A stretch of 64,000 bases of DNA from Deltaproteobacteria bacterium (GCA_040218735.1 JAVJQW010000041.1:256001-320000), one strand, 5' to 3'. Positions 1 to 9,293 are shown, counted from the first letter of the stretch. The notes: generated from the sequence alone by a model not told the origin. Numbers and translations are program-made.

Positions 1-2
1 GG

Positions 3-1124
3 CGCTCGGTCGCGCTCCTGCAGTACACGCCGTCGGACGGCATGGTGATCGACGCCGTCGACAACTCGTCGTTGTCGGCGCGCAAGAAGAAGTCGGTGAA
101 GTACGTCTACGTGAACGCGGACGAGGGCACCGCCGGGGTGCGAGCGGCGTTCGAGAGCGGCAACGTCGACGCCGCGGCGCTGTGGGATCCGGACCTGTCG
201 CTCGCGCTGAAGAACACCCCCGGCGCGCACGTCATCTACTCGACGAAGACCGCGACGAACCTGATCTACGACGTCATGGTCTGCAACAAGAAGTACCTGG
301 ACGACCCGGCGAACGAGGCGGCCTTCTCCGGCTTCGTCGCGGGCTGGCTCGAGGGTGTGGAGGTCGCGAACAACAACCACGACGAGGCGCTCGACGCGCT
401 CGTGAAGACGGAGGAGTTCTTCGCGCTGTTGAAGCAGAAGGAAGGCGACGCGTTCGTGAAGGGGCTGTTCAAGAACCTGGTGTGGACGGGCCTGAAGGAC
501 AACGCCCGCATCCTGGGGCTCTCCGGTCAGACCAACCACTACGAGCGTGTCTACAAGCGCTTCGACATCATCTACCGCGGCGCGGGCGCGCTGGCGGATC
601 CGAACTCGCCGGTCATCAACCCGCAGGAGTCGTTCGACTACCGCTTCGTGAAGAAGCTGTTGGCGTCGAACCCCACGGCGCAGGCCGAGGCCAAGAAGCC
701 CGAGTACACCTTCACGGCGAACGCGGCGGTCGAGGCGGCGAAGAAGCCGGCGAGCCTCACGAAGCCGGTGACGGTCGGCTTCAAGTCGGGCTCGGCGGAT
801 CTCACGAAGCGCGCGCAGAAGACGATCGACGAGGAGATGGTGCCGCTGATCGAGAACAACGGCTCGGCGTACTTCGAGGTCTCGGGTAACACGGACTCCA
901 CGGGCAGCAAGGCCGTGAACATGAAGCTGTCGAAGAAGCGCGCGCAGGCGGTCGTCGACTACCTCGTCGCGGAGTGGGAGTTCGGGAAGGATCGCTTCGT
1001 CGTCGTCGGGTACGGCCCGTCGCGCCCGCTGTGCAACGAGAAGAATCCGAAGGAAGAGGACCTGAGCCTCGAGGACTGCCGCGCGGCGAACCGCACCACG
1101 CGCCTCGCCGTCCTCGCGCGCTGA
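3..1124 (+). CDS. ABC-type solute-binding protein (SsuA/NMT1-like) fused to C-terminal OmpA-like peptidoglycan-binding domain; 5' partial
   Basis: Frame is open from nt 3. It has a PBP-like 'AAFESGNVDAAALWDP' segment and OmpA motifs 'VSGNTDSTGS..N.KLS..RAQAV..YL', 'GYG..RP' and 'ANR'. Confidence 0.85.
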   Translation, partial: RSVALLQYTPSDGMVIDAVDNSSLSARKKKSVKYVYVNADEGTAGVRAAFESGNVDAAALWDPDLSLALKNTPGAHVIYSTKTATNLIYDVMVCNKKYLDDPANEAAFSGFVAGWLEGVEVANNNHDEALDALVKTEEFFALLKQKEGDAFVKGLFKNLVWTGLKDNARILGLSGQTNHYERVYKRFDIIYRGAGALADPNSPVINPQESFDYRFVKKLLASNPTAQAEAKKPEYTFTANAAVEAAKKPASLTKPVTVGFKSGSADLTKRAQKTIDEEMVPLIENNGSAYFEVSGNTDSTGSKAVNMKLSKKRAQAVVDYLVAEWEFGKDRFVVVGYGPSRPLCNEKNPKEEDLSLEDCRAANRTTRLAVLAR

Positions 1125-1128
1125 CGCG

Positions 1129-1923
1129 ATGTGGAACCCGTACGACGAGCTGCCGCAGAAGAAGCGGCAGCTGCTCGGGGTGGCCGCGGTCGCGGGGGTG
1201 CTCGTCCTCTGGTCGATCGTGTCGGGGCTGGAGCTGGTCGCGAAGGCGAAGCTCCCGGCGCCCTGGCACGTCGGTGAGGCGTTCCTCCAGCTCCTCTCCT
1301 ACAACGAGGCGAAGGGTGAGCGGCTGCTGGTGGTCGCGACGCTCTACTCCGTGGCGCGGGTCGCCGCGGCGGGTGTCGTGGTCATCGTGGTGGGCCTGCC
1401 GATCGGCATCCTCATGGGCGCGTCGACGCGCGTGAACGCGGTGTTGTCACCGCTGGTGGATCCGTTCCGCTCGGCGCCGATCGTCGCGGTGCTGCCGATC
1501 CTCGTGATGTGGCTGGGCATCGGCGAGGAGATGAAGGTCGTCTTCTTGAGCCTGGGCGCGGTGGTGTACCTCATCCCGATGGTGCGCGACGCGATTCAGG
1601 CGGTGCCGTCGAGTTACTGGATCAGCGCGCGGGACCTCGGCGCGACGCAGTGGGAAGCGGTGCGGCTGTCGGTGATCCCGATGGCGATGCCGCGGATCGC
1701 GGACGCGATCATCGTGGCGATCTCCGTGATGTGGACGTACATCACGGTCGCCGAGTACGTGAACGCGCAGAAGGGGCTGGGGCAACTCATCCAGAACGCG
1801 CGTCGCTTCTCGGCGATGGACCAGGTCTTCGTCGGCATCATCGTGATCATCGGGCTCGCGCTCGTGACCTACTCGCTGATGACGACGATCAAGCGGAAGC
1901 TCTACCCGTGGGAGGCGCAATGA
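1129..1923 (+). CDS. ABC transporter permease (SsuC/TauC/NitT family)
   Basis: Multiple TM helices, EAA-like loop 'ISARDLGATQWE' and 'TVAEYVNAQKGLG'. Confidence 0.9.
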   Translation: MWNPYDELPQKKRQLLGVAAVAGVLVLWSIVSGLELVAKAKLPAPWHVGEAFLQLLSYNEAKGERLLVVATLYSVARVAAAGVVVIVVGLPIGILMGASTRVNAVLSPLVDPFRSAPIVAVLPILVMWLGIGEEMKVVFLSLGAVVYLIPMVRDAIQAVPSSYWISARDLGATQWEAVRLSVIPMAMPRIADAIIVAISVMWTYITVAEYVNAQKGLGQLIQNARRFSAMDQVFVGIIVIIGLALVTYSLMTTIKRKLYPWEAQ

Positions 1924-2750
1924 GCGACGAGGCGCTGACGATGGAGCTGAAGGACATCGTCCAGGAGTATCCGAAGCCGGACGGCTCCGGCCCGCTGCGG
2001 GTCGTGGACGGCGTGAACCTCGTCTTCGACAAGCCGGGCATCAACATGTTGCTCGGGCCGTCGGGGTGCGGGAAGTCGACGATCCTCAAGATGATGGGCG
2101 GCGTGCGCCCGATCGGCGTGAAGACGCCGACGGAGGGGGTCGTCACGATCGACGGAGCGCCGTGCCACGGCGCGCACGACGACGCCGTGATGGTGTTCCA
2201 GCGGTACGCGAACCGGCCGGACCTCACGGTCGAGGAGAACGTGCGGCTGCCGTTTCGGATGAAGCTGTGGAAGTCGCGGGTGCCGGACGCCGAGCGGGAG
2301 GAGCGCGTGAAACACATCCTCGAAGCGGTCGGGCTCGCCGAGAAGGCGAGCCTCAGGCCGTCGCAGCTCTCGGGTGGTCAGAACCAGCGTGTCGCGTTGG
2401 CCCGGGCGCTCGTCCTGCGGCCGAAGATCCTGCTGATGGACGAGCCGTTCGGAGCGCTCGACGCCCAGACGCGCGAGGAGATGCAGCACCTGTTGATCGA
2501 GCTGTACAACGAGCGGCCGTGCATCATCGTCTTCGTCACGCACGACATCACGGAGGCGTTGCTCCTCGGCGACCGCGTCATCGTGCTGTCGACGCAGCCG
2601 GCGACGGTGGCCTCGGACTTCACGATCGCCGAGCCGCGCCCGCGTTCGGCGGTGTGGCAGCGCTCGACGGAGGCGGTGAAGATGGAGGAGGACGTCCTCG
2701 CGATCCTCCACGGCGGTGGCTCGCGCGGTCAGATGCGGGTGTCGATCTGA
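1920..2750 (+). CDS. ABC transporter ATP-binding protein (NitT/TauT family)
   Basis: ATG at 1920 overlaps the permease stop (ATGA). Walker A GPSGCGKS, signature LSGGQ, Walker B LLMDEPF, H-loop VTHD. Confidence 0.93.
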   Translation: MSDEALTMELKDIVQEYPKPDGSGPLRVVDGVNLVFDKPGINMLLGPSGCGKSTILKMMGGVRPIGVKTPTEGVVTIDGAPCHGAHDDAVMVFQRYANRPDLTVEENVRLPFRMKLWKSRVPDAEREERVKHILEAVGLAEKASLRPSQLSGGQNQRVALARALVLRPKILLMDEPFGALDAQTREEMQHLLIELYNERPCIIVFVTHDITEALLLGDRVIVLSTQPATVASDFTIAEPRPRSAVWQRSTEAVKMEEDVLAILHGGGSRGQMRVSI

Positions 2751-2759
2751 GTTGAAGCG

Positions 2760-3593
2760 GTGGCGGCGAAGGAAAAGAAGAAGCCCTCCTACCTGAAGGA
2801 GATGTTGCTGCACCCGAACAACGGCTACGCGGCGGCGGCGGCTTTGGTCGGCGGCGCCGTGTTGTCGATCCCGTTCGGGCTCGGCGTCGGGCTCATCCCG
2901 GTGATCGCGTTCGGCGCCGGGGAGGCGATCGCTTCGCTCTTCATTCCGAGTAGCCCGAAGTTCCGCGAGAAGGTCGACAAGAAGTTCCGCTCGCGCGGGC
3001 GGGAGGAGGTGCGCAACCACCTCATCCAGGAGATCCAGACGCGGGTCGGGTTCGAGTCCGAGGACATGTGGGCGACGTACCGGCGGATGCGGGATCGGAT
3101 CACGTCGTTGCAGGCGATGGCCGCGAAACACGAGACGCAGCTCTCGGACCGCGACGTCGAAGCGCTCGACGACGCGACGGTGAAGTGGCTCGGATACTGG
3201 CTCGCGAACCTCACGATGGCCGATCGTCGCAACATGATCGACGAGACTACGCTCCAATCGCGTGTGGCGGACATCGCCCGGCAGATCGAGAAGGCTTCGT
3301 CGCGCTCCGAGCGGGTGCGGCTCGAGAAGACGCGGAACGATCTCGAGGCGCTCATCAAGCGGCGCACGACGCTCCGCACGCGGCAGACCGAGGTCGAAAC
3401 GACGATGCTCACGATGGCGGACTCCCTGGAAGAGGTCTACCAGCAGGTCGTCGCCAACCCGACCGCGCCCGAAGTGGGGACGCAGCTGCGCGAAGCCGCG
3501 GAGCGGATGCGCGTCGAGGAGGCGCTCGACCACGCGATCGAAGACGAGCTGGACGCGATGCTGCGACCCCAGCCCGCGAAACAGACGACCTGA
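2760..3593 (+). CDS. Membrane-anchored coiled-coil protein (loosely XpaC-like)
   Basis: Two N-terminal hydrophobic segments followed by a long E/R/L-rich helical region. It is co-oriented in the ABC operon. The family assignment is tentative. Confidence 0.65.
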   Translation: MAAKEKKKPSYLKEMLLHPNNGYAAAAALVGGAVLSIPFGLGVGLIPVIAFGAGEAIASLFIPSSPKFREKVDKKFRSRGREEVRNHLIQEIQTRVGFESEDMWATYRRMRDRITSLQAMAAKHETQLSDRDVEALDDATVKWLGYWLANLTMADRRNMIDETTLQSRVADIARQIEKASSRSERVRLEKTRNDLEALIKRRTTLRTRQTEVETTMLTMADSLEEVYQQVVANPTAPEVGTQLREAAERMRVEEALDHAIEDELDAMLRPQPAKQTT

Positions 3594-3608
3594 CCAAGGA
3601 GGTGCCCG

Positions 3609-4463
3609 ATGATTGGGCTCGAAGACCTGAAGGCCCACCACGATTTCGACGCGAGTCATCAGCGCGTGGAGGCGGTCGTCGACCACATCGTGAACGACCC
3701 GATCGAGCGGGTGCGCGTGCTCGCGAACTACACCTCGTGGAATGGGTTCTTCGGAGCGGGGGTCGCCGCGCTCGCGGGTAAGATCGGGCGGTCGAGGCGG
3801 ATGTTCCTGGATCCGGATCAGCCGATACGGGCGGTGGCGGATCGAAGTGTGCTGGTGGCGAGTTACTTCTTCGATGCCGCGCGCGATGAGTTCGATGACT
3901 CGACGACGCAGCAACGCGACACCCACCGGTGCCTCGCGCAGGCGTTCATCGCGGGGTTGATCAAGTACGGCGCCGAAGCGGAGGGCGTCGCGCCGCTCGC
4001 GGACGTCGAACAGGTGAACGCGCTGCTCGTGGAGCCGGAGTGGCTGAAGTCACTCAACGACCAGGTCGCGTACGGTTACGGCGCGCGCGGGAACGACACG
4101 GCGCTCGCGGTGTTTCGGGCGATGGGTTACCACCTCGGCAGCGAGGTGCTCGCGGACGTGGAGTTCTCGGTGCTCGACGAGAAACTCACCGCGAAGGCGC
4201 CGGCGCTCACCGCGTACCTGAAGAACACCGAGCTCGATGTGGCCGGTGAGAAACACGTGCCCTACGCGTGGCTCGAAGTGCACTCCGGTCATGGCGGTGG
4301 CGCGGAGGCGGACCACTTCGAGTGGGCGGCGCGGGGGGTCGAGCGTGCGTTCGACTACACACCGAAGGACCAGCACGAGGAGCTGCGTCACCAGGTCGTC
4401 TCCGGCTTCGAGGACTTCGCGAAGGACCACGATGAGTTCTTCGCGCGGGTGCTGAAGGACTGA
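3609..4463 (+). CDS. Heme-oxygenase-like dimetal enzyme (HDO; PqqC/CADD/TenA-like fold)
   Basis: Strong SD AAGGAGGT. Helical protein with candidate metal ligands 'DEFDD..THR', 'GSE' and 'WLEVH...EADH'. Confidence 0.6.
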   Translation: MIGLEDLKAHHDFDASHQRVEAVVDHIVNDPIERVRVLANYTSWNGFFGAGVAALAGKIGRSRRMFLDPDQPIRAVADRSVLVASYFFDAARDEFDDSTTQQRDTHRCLAQAFIAGLIKYGAEAEGVAPLADVEQVNALLVEPEWLKSLNDQVAYGYGARGNDTALAVFRAMGYHLGSEVLADVEFSVLDEKLTAKAPALTAYLKNTELDVAGEKHVPYAWLEVHSGHGGGAEADHFEWAARGVERAFDYTPKDQHEELRHQVVSGFEDFAKDHDEFFARVLKD

Positions 4464-4464
4464 C

Positions 4465-5628
4465 GTGGAGGTCCAGTGCTACCGCCACGCGGGGGTGGCC
4501 GCGTTCGACACGTGCTCCGGCTGTACGCAGGCGATGTGCACGGTGTGTACGTCCATGGTGGGTGGGCGAGTGTTCTGTCCGCCGTGCGCGCAGAAGGCGC
4601 ACCGCAGCAAGAAGGTCACCACGGCGCTGGTCGTCGGGCTCGCCGGCGCGGCGGTGGTGGGCCTCGGCGTGTGGATGGCGCTACAGGAGCCGAAGTACGA
4701 CTACGGGCGTTACGCGCGGGACATCGATAAACTCAGCGCGCAGCTCGAGAAGGAGCCGTGTGACCGCGCGAAGATCGTGCAACTCACGGACAAGATGTTG
4801 TCGGCGGGTGACAACCGCGGCGCGCTCACGCGCGCTCAGCAATTCTTCGATCAGTGCGGTGAGTTGCTCAGGCTGAGGTGGATTACCTACGAAGCGCACA
4901 AACGTCTGAGTGAGCTCGACCTCGCGGTGAAGGACGTGACGATGCTGATCGACGACCGCCCGGAGGACGCGGACTTCTGGTGGTGGCGCGGCATGGCCTA
5001 CGAGCAGGCAGGGCAGTGGGACAAGGCGGCGGCGGACTACCGGCAGTGCATCGCCAACAAACCGCGCATCACGCGCATCCCGTTCAACCTCGCGCGTATG
5101 TACGAGAAGATGGACCAGCCGTGTGAGGGCATCTTCCCGATCGAGCAGTTCCTCTACTACCACCCGAAGGCGTGGTCGGACCTGAAGGTGAAGAAGCAGC
5201 TCGACCGCCTCAAGTCGAACCCGAGGTGCAGCGCGGTGACGACACGCGGGAAGGCGAAGATTCGCTTCGACGCCGAGTCGGGCATCATCCGCGCGCCCGT
5301 CGAGCTGAACGGAAAAACCACCGCGAGCCTGATCCTCGACACCGGCGCGACGTACGTCGTGTTGTCCCGAGCGCTCGCCGAGGAGGCCGGCGTGTCGATC
5401 GACCGCGAGCAGCGCATCCTCGTCGCCACCGCCGGCGGGCTGCGTGAGGCGTACCTCGTGACGTTGGAGTCCGTGAAGGTGCAGGGCATCGAGGCGAAGA
5501 ACATCCCGGCCGTCGTGCAAGACGACTTGCCGGAGGGGATGATCGGGTTGCTCGGTCTGAGTTTCCTCGCCCGCCACACGATCGAGATCGATCGCGCCAA
5601 GGGCGTCGCGCACCTCGAAGCGCGCTAG
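4465..5628 (+). CDS. B-box-like Zn finger + TM + TPR + retropepsin-like (clan AA) aspartic protease
   Basis: N-terminal CxxH..CxxC..CxxC..CxxC, one TM, TPR-like helices, 'LILDTGAT' catalytic motif and 'GLLGLSFL'. Confidence 0.85.
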   Translation: MEVQCYRHAGVAAFDTCSGCTQAMCTVCTSMVGGRVFCPPCAQKAHRSKKVTTALVVGLAGAAVVGLGVWMALQEPKYDYGRYARDIDKLSAQLEKEPCDRAKIVQLTDKMLSAGDNRGALTRAQQFFDQCGELLRLRWITYEAHKRLSELDLAVKDVTMLIDDRPEDADFWWWRGMAYEQAGQWDKAAADYRQCIANKPRITRIPFNLARMYEKMDQPCEGIFPIEQFLYYHPKAWSDLKVKKQLDRLKSNPRCSAVTTRGKAKIRFDAESGIIRAPVELNGKTTASLILDTGATYVVLSRALAEEAGVSIDREQRILVATAGGLREAYLVTLESVKVQGIEAKNIPAVVQDDLPEGMIGLLGLSFLARHTIEIDRAKGVAHLEAR

Positions 5629-6335
5629 GACCGGCTCGCGAGGTACTCCGCCTTCAGGCCCTCGAAGTCGGGGGTGAAGGGCGCGTCGTCCTGAACCTTC
5701 GGGCGGCGCACGCGGTCCATGCGGAACATACGCGGAGCGTCGCGTTTTCGATCGCGGGTCAGCAGGTACCACGCGGGGTGCTCCACCAGGAGGCCGTGCG
5801 GCTCCACGGTGCGTCGCGTGCGACGACCGTGGCGGTCCACGTACGAGAACGTCAGGCATAGATCCTCCGCGAAGGCGCGCTCGAGCGTGGTGAGGAGCTC
5901 CGGCGGAGGTTGGCCGAGGTCCGCGAGGACCCGCGGGGTGGCGAGCGGGCCGATCACGACGCGGCGGACGAGGCGGCGCAGCGTTCGGGCGCGGTCGTCG
6001 GGGACACTCGCGAGGATCTTGTCGAGCGCGGACCGCGAGGCGGCGCTCCAGGGGAGGGTGCCGGACCGCGCGCTCAGCTGCGCCGCGAGCCACAGCGCGA
6101 TGATCTCGTCGAGGCCCAGGTGTACGGCGCGCAGGCCGCGGTCGCGGTCCAGGTACACGCCGCCGCCGGGGCCGGTGTCGGATCGGATCGGCCAGCCCCG
6201 GGCGCGCAGCGTCGCGAGGTCGCGGAGGATGGTGCGGCGGCTCGTCTTCAGCTCGTCCGCGAGCATCTGCACGGAGCAGAGGTCGCGGGCGCGGAGGAGC
6301 TCCAGGAGATCCATCACACGATCAGCGCGGATCAT
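5625..6335 (-). CDS. HTH-WYL transcriptional regulator (YafY family)
   Basis: Start re-called at ATG 6335 (MIRADRV). HTH_11 'SRRTILRDLATL..G..GGG', then 'RTVEPHGL', 'WYL' and 'RMFRMDRV'. Confidence 0.92.
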   Translation of the reverse strand: MIRADRVMDLLELLRARDLCSVQMLADELKTSRRTILRDLATLRARGWPIRSDTGPGGGVYLDRDRGLRAVHLGLDEIIALWLAAQLSARSGTLPWSAASRSALDKILASVPDDRARTLRRLVRRVVIGPLATPRVLADLGQPPPELLTTLERAFAEDLCLTFSYVDRHGRRTRRTVEPHGLLVEHPAWYLLTRDRKRDAPRMFRMDRVRRPKVQDDAPFTPDFEGLKAEYLASRS

Positions 6336-6377
6336 TGGTGACAGATTCTGACACGAATCGAGTGTTGAATCGAAGCC

Positions 6378-7016
6378 ATGAAACAACGCACCCTCGAGCT
6401 GTTCCTCCCCGACGCCCTCGCGGACTGGGAGATTGGATTCCTCACTGCACACCTCGCGGGCGGGCATGGTCGACCGCTCCCGGGGGGCTTCACGATCCGC
6501 ACGGTCGCGGAGTCGAAGGCGCCGCGCACCACGATGGGGGGCTTGCGGGTCGCCGTCGACGCGACGTTGGACGAAGTCGCGTCCGAGCGCCCCGCCGTGT
6601 TCGTGCTCCCGGGTTCCTCCGCGTGGGACGAAGGCCAGCACGGTGCGGCGCTCGAACGTGCGAAGGCGCTCGTGGACGATGGCGTCGTGGTGGCCGCCAT
6701 CTGCGGCGCGACGTCCGGCCTCGCGCGGGTGGGTCTGCTCGACGATCGCGACCACACGAGTAACGCGCGGGAGTACCTGCTCGGCACCGGCTACGCGGGG
6801 ACGGAGCGTTACGTGGAGGCGCCCGCGGTGTTCGATCGCGGCGTGGTCACGGCGGGCGCGACCGACGCGGTGGCGTGGACGGCGACGGTGATGCGCGCCG
6901 TCGATGCGTACACGTCGAACGTGATCGATGCGTGGGAGCAGCTCTACCTCACGTCGCGGCCCGAGCACTTCTTCGCGCTGATGACGGCGCTCCAGGGCGG
7001 CGGGGAAGCGGTCTAG
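6378..7016 (+). CDS. DJ-1/PfpI family protein
   Basis: 'LADWEIG', 'LPG' and nucleophile elbow 'AAICGAT'. Divergent from the WYL regulator. Confidence 0.9.
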   Translation: MKQRTLELFLPDALADWEIGFLTAHLAGGHGRPLPGGFTIRTVAESKAPRTTMGGLRVAVDATLDEVASERPAVFVLPGSSAWDEGQHGAALERAKALVDDGVVVAAICGATSGLARVGLLDDRDHTSNAREYLLGTGYAGTERYVEAPAVFDRGVVTAGATDAVAWTATVMRAVDAYTSNVIDAWEQLYLTSRPEHFFALMTALQGGGEAV

Positions 7017-7017
7017 C

Positions 7018-8721
7018 TCAGCCGTCGTCGATCGCCGCGAGCCCGCGGTCCGCTTCGGCGCGCACCGCGGGACCGCCCTCCGCGCGCCCGCGGACGAACG
7101 CGTCACGCGCGGCGTCGACGTTCGACCGTGCCAGCTCGCTCCACCCCAGCAACACCCAGACCTCGGGGGCTCGCGTGGCCTTCGGGTGGCGCGCGACGAA
7201 CGCCCGCAGCGCCTGAAGCGCCTCCTCGCGCTTCGCGCGCAGCAGCGCGATCGCGCGCCAGTACGCGGCGTCCTCCGCGAGCGCGGAGGACGGGGCGATC
7301 TGCTCCACCTTCGCGAACGCACGCGCCGCGTCGTCGAGGTCTTGGGCGCGGAAGGCCGACCACCCTCGCTCGAATGCGAGCTCCGCGTCGGAGCGCGGGC
7401 GGGCGTCGGCGGCGGGCGCCGAGGGGGCTTCGGCGGAAGGATCGTCGCCTCCTTTCGGCGCGCGCGCGGACGCGTCGTCACGAGCGGCGGGAGAAGGCGG
7501 CGCGGGCTCCGCGCCTCGGGCGCCTCGCCGCGTGGCGGCGTCGGTCGGCGCATCGTGCGTTCCGGTCCGGCCATCGGGCGTCCGATCGGAGACTCCGCGC
7601 GCAGACGGGGCGCTTGTGTTCCCGTTCCGTCCCGCGGAGGCGCCGGGCGCCGACGGCTCGGTGGCGTGCCCTGCGAAGGCGCCGGGCGCTGGTGGTCCGG
7701 TCGTGTTCCCGTTCCGTCCTGCGGAGACTCGCGCCGCCGGTGCGGTGGCGTGCCCGTTCCGCCCTGCGGAGGCGCCGGGCGCTGCTGGTCCGGTTGTGTT
7801 CCCGGTCCGGCGTGCAGAGGCGCCCGGCCTCGACGGTTCGCTCCCGGTCCATCGCGCAGGGGCGCGCGGCGCCGGCGGTTCGCCTGGGTTCGCGGCGCGC
7901 GGCCACCGTGCGGAGGCGCCGGGCTCCACGGGTGCGGCGCTGCTCCGGTCGGACCAGGGCTCGAATCCGTCCGGCGTTTTGTCCCGTTCGTTCATCCGAG
8001 GCTGCGCCGAGGCTCCGGCGGCGCCTGCTCCGACCGTAGGTTCGGCGGTCGCAGGAACGCCCTCGGTCACCGCGCTCCTCCCGTCGGCGTTCGCCGCTCC
8101 CCCGGCGGTCCATCGCTCGCCGACCTGAAGCAGGCGCGGCGGTCCCTCGCCCCGCCACAACGCGACGGAACCCGCGCGGACGGTGAGCTCGACGAGGCGT
8201 TCGTCGACGACGACGACGTCGAACGCCGTGCCCTCGACGCGCACGTCCGACGTCAGGAGGCGGAGCGGTACGCCTTCCGTCGCGTCGAGGCGGAGGTGGC
8301 CGCGTCGGACCCGCACGATCTCCTGCCGAGCGCGTTCGCCGTCGTAGCGCACCGAGCGCTCGTAGTCGGCGTCCGCGATGGGCGTGACGCGGGCGGCCTG
8401 CGGCGCGCGCGGGTACCACGGCGCCCACCAGAGCAACAGCGCGACGATCGTGAGGACGGCCGCGCCGACGAGGCGAAGGTCGAGCGGCTTCGCGGTTCGA
8501 ACCGCGGCCGAAGGGGAGGTCCTCGCCCACAACGCCTGCGCTACGCGTTCGGCCGCCGCGTCGGAGAGCGGGGGGACCGGCGCGGAGGCGGCGTCGCGTA
8601 CGGCGCCGAGATCACGCCACGTCGCGGCGCAGCGCGGGCAGCCGCCGACGTGCCGTTTCGTCGCCGCGTTCCCCTCCGAGAACGCGCGCGAGAGATCGTC
8701 GAAGGACGGACAGCGCTTCAT
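7018..8721 (-). CDS. Anti-sigma factor (ZAS-like N-terminus, TM, FecR-like domain, low-complexity linker, C-terminal TPR)
   Basis: Start ATG 8721 overlaps the sigma stop. 'HVGGCPRC' HxxxCxxC, a TM, FecR-like 'VRVEGTAFDV..V..GSV' and TPR 'LAEDAAYWRA'. Confidence 0.8.
   Translation of the reverse strand: MKRCPSFDDLSRAFSEGNAATKRHVGGCPRCAATWRDLGAVRDAASAPVPPLSDAAAERVAQALWARTSPSAAVRTAKPLDLRLVGAAVLTIVALLLWWAPWYPRAPQAARVTPIADADYERSVRYDGERARQEIVRVRRGHLRLDATEGVPLRLLTSDVRVEGTAFDVVVVDERLVELTVRAGSVALWRGEGPPRLLQVGERWTAGGAANADGRSAVTEGVPATAEPTVGAGAAGASAQPRMNERDKTPDGFEPWSDRSSAAPVEPGASARWPRAANPGEPPAPRAPARWTGSEPSRPGASARRTGNTTGPAAPGASAGRNGHATAPAARVSAGRNGNTTGPPAPGAFAGHATEPSAPGASAGRNGNTSAPSARGVSDRTPDGRTGTHDAPTDAATRRGARGAEPAPPSPAARDDASARAPKGGDDPSAEAPSAPAADARPRSDAELAFERGWSAFRAQDLDDAARAFAKVEQIAPSSALAEDAAYWRAIALLRAKREEALQALRAFVARHPKATRAPEVWVLLGWSELARSNVDAARDAFVRGRAEGGPAVRAEADRGLAAIDDG
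7600..7930 (-). repeat. Imperfect intragenic tandem repeats encoding (AP)GASAGRNGNTT-like units
   Basis: Recurrent 'gttcccgttccgtcc(c/t)gcggag' and 'gcggaggcgccgggc' units. Boundaries approximate. Confidence 0.75.
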
Positions 8722-9293
8722 CGCTCCGCCTCCAGCGCGGCGCGGAGGCGCCGACGCGCGTGGTGGAGTCGGCTCCACATAGTGCCCGGGCGTACGCCGA
8801 CGACGCTCGCCGCCTCGACTCCGGAGAGGCCTTCGAGATCGCAGAGCACAAACGCGACCCGCAGGTCGGCGGGCAGCGTGGCGAGGCGATCCAACACCCG
8901 CGCCACGAGCTCGCGCTCTGCGACGACGTCGTCGATGCGCGGAGGCTCGGCGCGAAAGCGCACGGCGAAGCGGTCGAGGAAACGAAGCCGCCGCTGCTCC
9001 GAGCGGGCGTAGTTGAGCGCGACGTTCGAAGCGATGCCGAAGAGCCAAGAACGCACCGTCGCGGTCCCCGCGTAGGAATCGGCGCGACGCCAGGCGGTGA
9101 GGAAGGTGAGCTGGAGCGCGTCCTCGAGGTGCGGGCTGGCTGCACCGAGGACTCTCGCCAGCACGCGGTGCACTGCGTCGCGGTGCCGGGCGAAGAGCTT
9201 CTGCAAGGCAGCTTGCTCTCGACGAACGCACGCGGCGAGGAGCGCTTCGTCGCTCTCGGTGGCTTCGGACAGCGCGATGACCTTCGCGCTCAA
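8718..9293 (-). CDS. ECF RNA polymerase sigma factor
   Basis: Probable TTG start overlapping the upstream TGA. Region 2 'EDALQLTFL..W....SWLFGIA.N' and region 4 'RVAFVLCDLEGLS..EAA...GTMWSRLHHAR'. Confidence 0.9.
   Translation of the reverse strand: MSAKVIALSEATESDEALLAACVRREQAALQKLFARHRDAVHRVLARVLGAASPHLEDALQLTFLTAWRRADSYAGTATVRSWLFGIASNVALNYARSEQRRLRFLDRFAVRFRAEPPRIDDVVAERELVARVLDRLATLPADLRVAFVLCDLEGLSGVEAASVVGVRPGTMWSRLHHARRRLRAALEAER

Noticed and set aside
5625-6335. WYL gene as a marker of an anti-phage defence island
   Set aside because: It has YafY-type architecture with a DJ-1 partner, and no defence genes are recognisable nearby.
5625-7574. 649-aa ORF suggesting a large WYL fusion
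   Set aside because: The N-terminal 413 aa overlap the DJ-1 and anti-sigma genes, so the real start is ATG 6335.
7600-7930. Repeat block as a possible CRISPR array or MITE
   Set aside because: The units are degenerate, lack unique spacers or terminal inverted repeats, and lie in a coding linker. No cas genes are present.
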